From Fibrobacteria bacterium (GTDB lineage: Bacteria > Fibrobacterota > Fibrobacteria > UBA11236), in the NCBI GenBank assembly GCA_041746255.1, contig JBGTHM010000084.1, positions 1 through 31,768 of the forward strand: a DNA stretch of 31,768 bases. Direction: 5' to 3'. A model generated the notes under the pieces. The model made no database searches and had not been told where the DNA came from. It saw only the letters and a program-made list of their open reading frames with translations. Both the position numbers and the translations under genes were made by a program. Position 1 is the stretch's first letter. Each line of letters opens with the position of its first letter. Below, piece by piece: positions 26,351-31,768 of this stretch.

Positions 26351-26680
26351 ATGGCAGATAAAGCATTGACCCAGGCGCAAGTCGTTGAACAGCTTTCCAA
26401 GGTCACAGACCTCACTAAAGTGCAGGTACGAGGATTTTTGGATGAGCAGGCACGGCTTGCATACAAGAACGCCAAGAACGGATTTACCATTCCCGGTCTC
26501 GGCAAGTTGGTACTCGTACAACGCAAGGCTCGCATGGGACGTAACCCTGCTACCGGCGAAAGCATCAAAATCCCAGCTAAAAAGGTCGTGAAGTTCCGCG
26601 TTGCGAAAGCTGCGAAGGACGCCATCTCCCCCAGCTCATCGGCTCCGAAGAAAGCCGTAAAGAAAGCCAAGAAGAAATAG
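26351..26680 (+). CDS. hup: HU-family DNA-binding protein with a short Lys/Ala-rich C-terminal tail
   Basis: IPGLGKL...RKARMGRNPATGESIKIPAKKVVKFR followed by the tail SSSAPKKAVKKAKKK; AAGGA ribosome-binding site. Confidence 0.93.
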   Translation: MADKALTQAQVVEQLSKVTDLTKVQVRGFLDEQARLAYKNAKNGFTIPGLGKLVLVQRKARMGRNPATGESIKIPAKKVVKFRVAKAAKDAISPSSSAPKKAVKKAKKK

Positions 26681-26700
26681 ACTTCGCTTTCAAGTCCCTT

Positions 26701-26741
26701 AAGAAGCCCCTGGTTCCTTGAACCAGGGGCTTCTTGTTTTT
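26701..26741 (+). terminator. Rho-independent terminator after the HU gene
   Basis: Perfect 16-bp stem AAGAAGCCCCTGGTTC / GAACCAGGGGCTTCTT with a 3-nt loop, followed by GTTTTT. Confidence 0.9.
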
Positions 26742-26797
26742 GCCTGTCTCCTAAGGTCACGGCGCAAAACTTCGATAGGGATTAAGTCTTCACGAAT

Positions 26798-26813
26798 TGT
26801 GATTTCAGTCACT
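26798..26813. promoter_or_regulatory. CRP-family-like binding site upstream of comEC
   Basis: TGTGA-TTTCAG-TCACT is a 9/10 match to TGTGA-N6-TCACA, with AT-rich flanks, 65 bp before the comEC ATG. Confidence 0.45.
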
Positions 26814-26878
26814 TAATCCTTCCCCACCCCTAGCTAATTTCACCTTCTCTCATCCGCTTAGAGCGGAAGGAAGGAATC

Positions 26879-29269
26879 ATGCGGATCACTTTGCCCACTG
26901 CGGCGATTCTGCGGGAATGGTCCTTTGTAAAGGAATGGCAAAGGGAAGTCGAAACCCGTTTTCGCCGCCATTGGGGCGTGCACCTCGGTTTGTCGGTGCT
27001 CTGCGGAACCCTGGCCGCGCAGGTCTCCCTGACGGTAGGGGTGGCGGCGCACGCGGTATGCCTGGTAGTCCTTACTTTACGGCATAAGTCCGCCCGCCGC
27101 TTTTCCATGGCGGCCTTCGCAGTCGCCTTCCTCCAGGTGTGGTTCCTATTTCCGCATTTACGCGCTTATTCCCCCACCGCCGCCTTCGTGGAGCCTGCCG
27201 GTCAATCAGAAATCTGGGAGGCAAGGGTCCTGGAATTCCGTCGCGCGCATAAGCCAAAACGCGTATTAGTACGCGTTGAAGGCCACGATTATACCGCGAG
27301 GATACCAGCCACTCCCTTCGCCCTATATCCCGGCATGCCTCTTCAAATAATGGCAACGTTCGAAAATCCCGAACCACCCACCAACCCCGGACAATTCGAC
27401 ATGCCGGCATTCCTCAAGTCGAAAAATCTCCGCGGAATTCTGAAAGTCCATTCCGTCCATCGGCCCGTCTTCTCCCATCAAGCGCTGCCTCTTTTGGCGC
27501 GGGTCCGGTTTTCGCTGGAGGAGAAAATGGATGCTATTATCCCGCCGGATAAACGCGCGATGACCCAGGCCTTGTTGCTGGGAGATGCGGGGGATATCGA
27601 ATCGTCCGAGTTTGCCCTGTTCCGCGCCACGGGACTATTGCATTTACTGGCCATTAGTGGGCAGCATATCGGAGTCCTATCCGCGGTGCTGCTCCTGGTT
27701 CTGGGTTTTCTTCGCTTACCACGCAAACCCGCCATGATCACCGCGGCGCTACTGCTGCTTGCCTACATCCCCATTGCCGGTGGTTCTATCAGTATCTTAC
27801 GCAGCGGCCTGATGTTCGCTTGCCTGCTTCCCTGTTTCTTATGGGAGCGGCCGGCGTCATCGCTCAACAACCTTTTTTTGGCATTGGGAATCTGCCTGCT
27901 TGGCTTGCCGTATCAGCTGCAGGGATTGGGTTTCCAGCTTTCCTTTTGCGCCAGCTTTTTCCTGATTTACTATGCGAAACCCGCAGCCGCGCTTTTTTCC
28001 CGAGCCGGGTTGCCTCCGGTTTGTCAAATCGTGGGAACGGCGATTGGCTTGAGCGCGGTAGCCTTTTTAGCCACGGCTCCAATAGTGGCGGGACGCCTAC
28101 ACCTACTCACACCGTTTTCCATTCCCGCCAGCGTTGTCTCCAGTCCCATACTCGGAGCATCGCTAGGCGCTTCCGCCCTGGGGTTACTCACAGGATACCT
28201 GTGGGTTCCGCTGGGAGAACTGTTCGGTTACGCCTCCGCCGTTTGGATGGACTTGTTGGGAGCAGTGGTTAAAATTTTCGCCTCGCTACCCGGACATAGC
28301 CGGAATGTCGCGCCCCTACCGCCATTGGCCACCATCCTCCTTTATCTATTGCTGTTAGGGTTTCCGAAAGCGGTTCGCAGCGGTAGGTTCCGCCCCCTCC
28401 TGGTTTTCATGATGCTGGCGTCGTCCTTTGTTTTTGCCGGCTTCGGCTTGAAGAACCTATGGGAGCGCGAAGGCCGTGTGACATTCCTGGATGTCGGACA
28501 GGGAGACGCGGTGTTGTTGGAACTACCCCATGCCAACCTGCTAATCGATGCAGGACCGGGAAAAGGGGACTCGGGAGCCGGACGAAACGTAATAGTGCCC
28601 TTTCTCCGCCATCGGGGCATCGACAGGCTGGACCGGGTGATCATCACCCATGCCCATGTGGATCATTTCGGCGGCCTTTTCCATATCCTCACCAACATGA
28701 ACGTTGGACAAGTCCTCTATTCCGGCCACCGTGGGCATTCCTCGACCTGGAAGGCCTTGGAGGATTCCCTGCGAATTCGCGGTGTTCCCCTGCTTCCCGT
28801 TGCATGTGGCCAGGTTCTCTACGGCTCTCCGACCGCCTCATTGCAGGTTTTGGCGCCCTGCATGGGCGATGCATTGACCTCCCTCAATGATCTGTCCGTA
28901 GTGGGACTGCTACGAATCCATGGGAAAAAAGTGATGCTGACGGGTGACTCCGAGCGTGCGGGGGAAGCGGCCCTCTTGAGCCGATATGGAGGCGGACTGA
29001 AAGCGGATATCCTTAAGGCCGGCCACCACGGTAGCTCCACCTCCAGCACGCCGGCGTTTCTGAAAGCCGTCGCTCCCGAAATGGCGATTATCTCGGCGGG
29101 CCGTAAAAACCGGTACGGGCACCCCTCACCCGAGGTGATGGAACGGCTGAATCGCCAGGATATCCGCGCGGTTGTCACCAAGGATTCGGGCGCCGTCACC
29201 TTCAAAATAAACCGCTCCCGAACCGCTTGGAGCACCTTCACCTCGTCTTCCTGGCAGGTTTGGCGATAA
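26879..29269 (+). CDS. comEC: DNA internalization competence protein ComEC/Rec2
   Basis: NPGQFD, TGLLHLLAISGQH, GFQLSF in the multi-TM competence domain; metallo-beta-lactamase domain with FLDVGQGDA, THAHVDH, LTGD, GHHGS and NRYGHP. Confidence 0.96.
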   Translation: MRITLPTAAILREWSFVKEWQREVETRFRRHWGVHLGLSVLCGTLAAQVSLTVGVAAHAVCLVVLTLRHKSARRFSMAAFAVAFLQVWFLFPHLRAYSPTAAFVEPAGQSEIWEARVLEFRRAHKPKRVLVRVEGHDYTARIPATPFALYPGMPLQIMATFENPEPPTNPGQFDMPAFLKSKNLRGILKVHSVHRPVFSHQALPLLARVRFSLEEKMDAIIPPDKRAMTQALLLGDAGDIESSEFALFRATGLLHLLAISGQHIGVLSAVLLLVLGFLRLPRKPAMITAALLLLAYIPIAGGSISILRSGLMFACLLPCFLWERPASSLNNLFLALGICLLGLPYQLQGLGFQLSFCASFFLIYYAKPAAALFSRAGLPPVCQIVGTAIGLSAVAFLATAPIVAGRLHLLTPFSIPASVVSSPILGASLGASALGLLTGYLWVPLGELFGYASAVWMDLLGAVVKIFASLPGHSRNVAPLPPLATILLYLLLLGFPKAVRSGRFRPLLVFMMLASSFVFAGFGLKNLWEREGRVTFLDVGQGDAVLLELPHANLLIDAGPGKGDSGAGRNVIVPFLRHRGIDRLDRVIITHAHVDHFGGLFHILTNMNVGQVLYSGHRGHSSTWKALEDSLRIRGVPLLPVACGQVLYGSPTASLQVLAPCMGDALTSLNDLSVVGLLRIHGKKVMLTGDSERAGEAALLSRYGGGLKADILKAGHHGSSTSSTPAFLKAVAPEMAIISAGRKNRYGHPSPEVMERLNRQDIRAVVTKDSGAVTFKINRSRTAWSTFTSSSWQVWR

Positions 29270-29293
29270 ATTTATATTATCGCAAAAGCCCAT

Positions 29294-29806
29294 ATGCAAC
29301 TCGATCCCCAGCAATTAAAAGAGATTTTCGACCAAACCGATATCCGCAAGGTACCCCTGACCGGAATCGTCGCCGGTTACCATACCTTGCCTTTCACCCT
29401 TGTGGGGCCAAACGATGATTCGGAAGCCGGAGAAGGAACCGGCGGCTCTCTCAAGCTTACGGGGAAGATCACCGTAAGCCCTAAGTTGATCCTGTCGGTG
29501 TCGCGGGAGGACGAACGATTCGCCGAAATATTTCGGGAAGACGAACCTTTCATGGATAAAAGCATTACGGGACGCGTATTCTCCTTCAGCACGGCTTTCC
29601 GGAACAAGAACCTGAAAGTCCGAAATGAGTATCTGAACGTGGAGGAGTTAGGCGAATCGGCGGGACAGGTGATTGAAACCGTTCTAAACGATATGGCGCG
29701 CGCGGAAATCATCAATATGGGCGTCATTTGGTGCCCGGTTCCGCGCTTCTACCCCATCAGCTTAGAACGCTTCATCCTTTCAGTGCTGGAAAGGGAGTTG
29801 CGATAG
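29294..29806 (+). CDS. Hypothetical soluble protein (170 aa)
   Basis: Fills the gap between comEC (24 nt) and the convergent argA; protein-like composition; no recognised motif. Confidence 0.7.
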   Translation: MQLDPQQLKEIFDQTDIRKVPLTGIVAGYHTLPFTLVGPNDDSEAGEGTGGSLKLTGKITVSPKLILSVSREDERFAEIFREDEPFMDKSITGRVFSFSTAFRNKNLKVRNEYLNVEELGESAGQVIETVLNDMARAEIINMGVIWCPVPRFYPISLERFILSVLERELR

Positions 29807-29851
29807 CCGAGCTCGTAAATCGGCGCTTCCTAAAACGAAAGAGCCCAGGTC

Positions 29852-31186
29852 CTATACCTCAATGGCGAAAATGCGAGAGTTGCGGCTGCGGTTATAGCTG
29901 TTTTGCCGCTCGGGAGGAAGGATGGAAAGGGGCGCCTCGCGAAACCCGTTCCGCATGAAGAAATCACTGCTTTGCGTCGTCAATAAAAAGACGGTTTTCA
30001 ACCCCATTTTACCGGCCTTGTCGACTATATAAGAAACCAGCTTGCGGCCGGTTCCATGACCGGAATAATTCTGGTCCACCACCAGCGCCTCCAATTCGGC
30101 CGATTGATTGGAAAAAACCGTCAACGCAGCGCAGCCATGCAGCGAATCATCCACCTTGTATACGTAATACTTCTCAATCTCTTCAGTCAATGATTCTGCG
30201 GTTCGCTGGATAAGAATGCCCCTATCCACATAGGGTTGCATGATCCGCAGGATTTCAGGAACATCTTGCACCGAAGCGGGATGGATTTTGTCATAATGGT
30301 TGGCATAGAACATGGTTCCATGTCCCGAGCTGGAAAAAATTTCCTTTAGCAATATTCCATCCTGAGAGCCGTTGATGATATGCACGCGGTCCACACCGAA
30401 CCGGGTGGCATTGACCGCCAGGGTGGTGAGTTCCTGGTGTTCCGCGGATAAGTGCTTGCCGAAATCCCGCAACAGCAGGGAGGCTTCCTCCAGGTCGAGA
30501 TTAGAAAAATATCCCGTGGCGATTTCCCCCGCGTCCACGAAACCGGCGTCGGGAACAATGGAGATGCCGGGATTGAGACCTATGAAGAAAAGCTTGCTGG
30601 CATGCAAAGCCTTGGCCGTCTCCACCGCCAATTCATTGCTCGACAGATTATAATCCTTGCCGACTGCGTTCCAACCAATATTGGGCACGATGGGGATTAA
30701 GCCGTCATCGAGCATATTCTCGATCAGCTGGACATTCACTTTTTCGACGCGTCCGGTATTTTGATAGTCGACGCCGTCCAGCACTCCGATGGCGCGGGCC
30801 CGCACCCAATTCCCCACAACTCCATGCACGCCATTTTCCGATAGCAACGAAATAAGGGCGTTCACAACATTCGAGGCGCCGAGCTTGACCAGCGGCATGG
30901 CCGCGTCGGAGGTAATGCGTACCCCGTCCTTGCTTTTCGAGGCTACCTTATAGGTTTTCAAAACTTTGTTGATGGAGTGCTTCGAACCCGGAACCAGCAC
31001 CACCTTTATGCCGATTTTATGGATGAGGACGATGTCCTTGACAAGCAGCGAAAACAAAGGCTTGTCCATCAAGCTGTCTTCGAGCTTGAGCACGAAAACC
31101 TGGTTCTTGTGACGGGTTAGGTACCCGAATACCTCGCGAATATCCTGAACGGGTTGTATCGGCGGCGATGGAATCGGTTCAATCAT
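29852..31186 (-). CDS. argA: Amino-acid N-acetyltransferase (two-domain N-acetylglutamate synthase)
   Basis: N-terminal AAK domain (GVRITS, GVDYQNTGRVEKV, GVDRVHII...DGILLKEIFS..GHGTM) and C-terminal GNAT (CAAL, AELEAL, GHGTG, FLLTT..FF...GF); 444 aa. Confidence 0.93.
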   Translation of the reverse strand: MIEPIPSPPIQPVQDIREVFGYLTRHKNQVFVLKLEDSLMDKPLFSLLVKDIVLIHKIGIKVVLVPGSKHSINKVLKTYKVASKSKDGVRITSDAAMPLVKLGASNVVNALISLLSENGVHGVVGNWVRARAIGVLDGVDYQNTGRVEKVNVQLIENMLDDGLIPIVPNIGWNAVGKDYNLSSNELAVETAKALHASKLFFIGLNPGISIVPDAGFVDAGEIATGYFSNLDLEEASLLLRDFGKHLSAEHQELTTLAVNATRFGVDRVHIINGSQDGILLKEIFSSSGHGTMFYANHYDKIHPASVQDVPEILRIMQPYVDRGILIQRTAESLTEEIEKYYVYKVDDSLHGCAALTVFSNQSAELEALVVDQNYSGHGTGRKLVSYIVDKAGKMGLKTVFLLTTQSSDFFMRNGFREAPLSILPPERQNSYNRSRNSRIFAIEV

Positions 31187-31343
31187 GGCATTTCAATTGT
31201 ACGAAATTTCCACGGAAAATTAGGTAAATTCGCCATCGATGTGCAGACTGCCCGTCCGCTGGAGGAACATTGGCAAACCCGGACGACCACCTAGCGGCCC
31301 CCTCCGATGAAGCAGCCAGGTATATGCTATATTTCTCCCGATT

Positions 31344-31768
31344 ATGCAGGAAACTTCCGGGAACCCCACCACCAACAGCACCTTCCAAAAAGCTTCCTTT
31401 CTCCTCTACCTCCTAGTGGTAACGGTCGGTTTTCTCGTATTACTGCGGCATTTTCTTCTGACGATATTCATGGCGGCCATCTTCGTAGCCCTGACATACC
31501 CTATCTATACGTGGATATCGGCAAAAACCCGGACCCGTTACCTGGCATCCCTGCTTACTTTACTTATGCTTATCTTGATACTGTTTCTACCCATCGTAGC
31601 GGTGGGATTTGCCGCTTATCAAGAAGCCAACCAACTGCTCCAAGCCATTAATCTGAATGACCTCCGCGGCTCAATTGAGGGTATCATCACATCCATACAG
31701 GAACGATACCCTTTCCTGACCCAACGCTTTACACCGGAAGATATCACCTCGACCGCCTTCGGCTGGGT
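31344..31768 (+). CDS. AI-2E (PerM-like) family transporter, 3'-truncated
   Basis: Hand translation: MQETSGNPTTNSTFQKASFLLYLLVVTVGFLVLLRHFLLTIFMAAIFVALTYPIYTWISAKTRTRYLASLLTLLMLILILFLPIV..., open to the window end. The pattern of TM helices with AxLTYP and LILFLP fits the AI-2E N-terminus. Confidence 0.8.
   Translation, partial: MQETSGNPTTNSTFQKASFLLYLLVVTVGFLVLLRHFLLTIFMAAIFVALTYPIYTWISAKTRTRYLASLLTLLMLILILFLPIVAVGFAAYQEANQLLQAINLNDLRGSIEGIITSIQERYPFLTQRFTPEDITSTAFGW

Noticed and set aside
31307..31651. 114-aa + ORF from the track
   Set aside because: The overlapping frame from 31344 encodes a convincing multi-TM permease running off the window.

Overview
A gene-dense chromosomal window from a diderm bacterium. 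An FCB-group origin (e.g. Fibrobacterota-like) is inferred from protein styles, not shown. No rRNA, tRNA, CRISPR array or mobile element is visible. Left to right: (1) a >1,170-aa secreted TPR protein with a ~460-aa TolA-like Ala/Lys/Glu repeat stalk, truncated at the left edge and missed by the ORF track; (2) an EF-P beta-lysylation cluster (epmA-efp, divergent epmB); (3) a tightly coupled four-gene outer-membrane operon: Cys-rich lipoprotein, ~1,090-aa barrel-like protein with SprA-like motifs, BamA/TamA-family Omp85, small barrel-like protein; (4) a divergent ECF sigma factor with no adjacent anti-sigma, preceded by a consensus-matching sigma54 promoter and a phased TGCGCA array, facing an NtrC-type activator and a membrane histidine kinase that follow smc; (5) typA, an SH3b-TM-REC-like-DUF4388 protein, ruvX/yqgF, an M43-like lipoprotein protease, DUF4416, HU, comEC with an upstream CRP-like site, a hypothetical gene, argA and a partial AI-2E permease. 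The best candidates for undescribed biology are the Omp85 plus giant-barrel operon, the HK > sigma54 activator > ECF cascade beside it, and the TPR-stalk-TPR protein. All family calls come from motif recognition; no database search was run.
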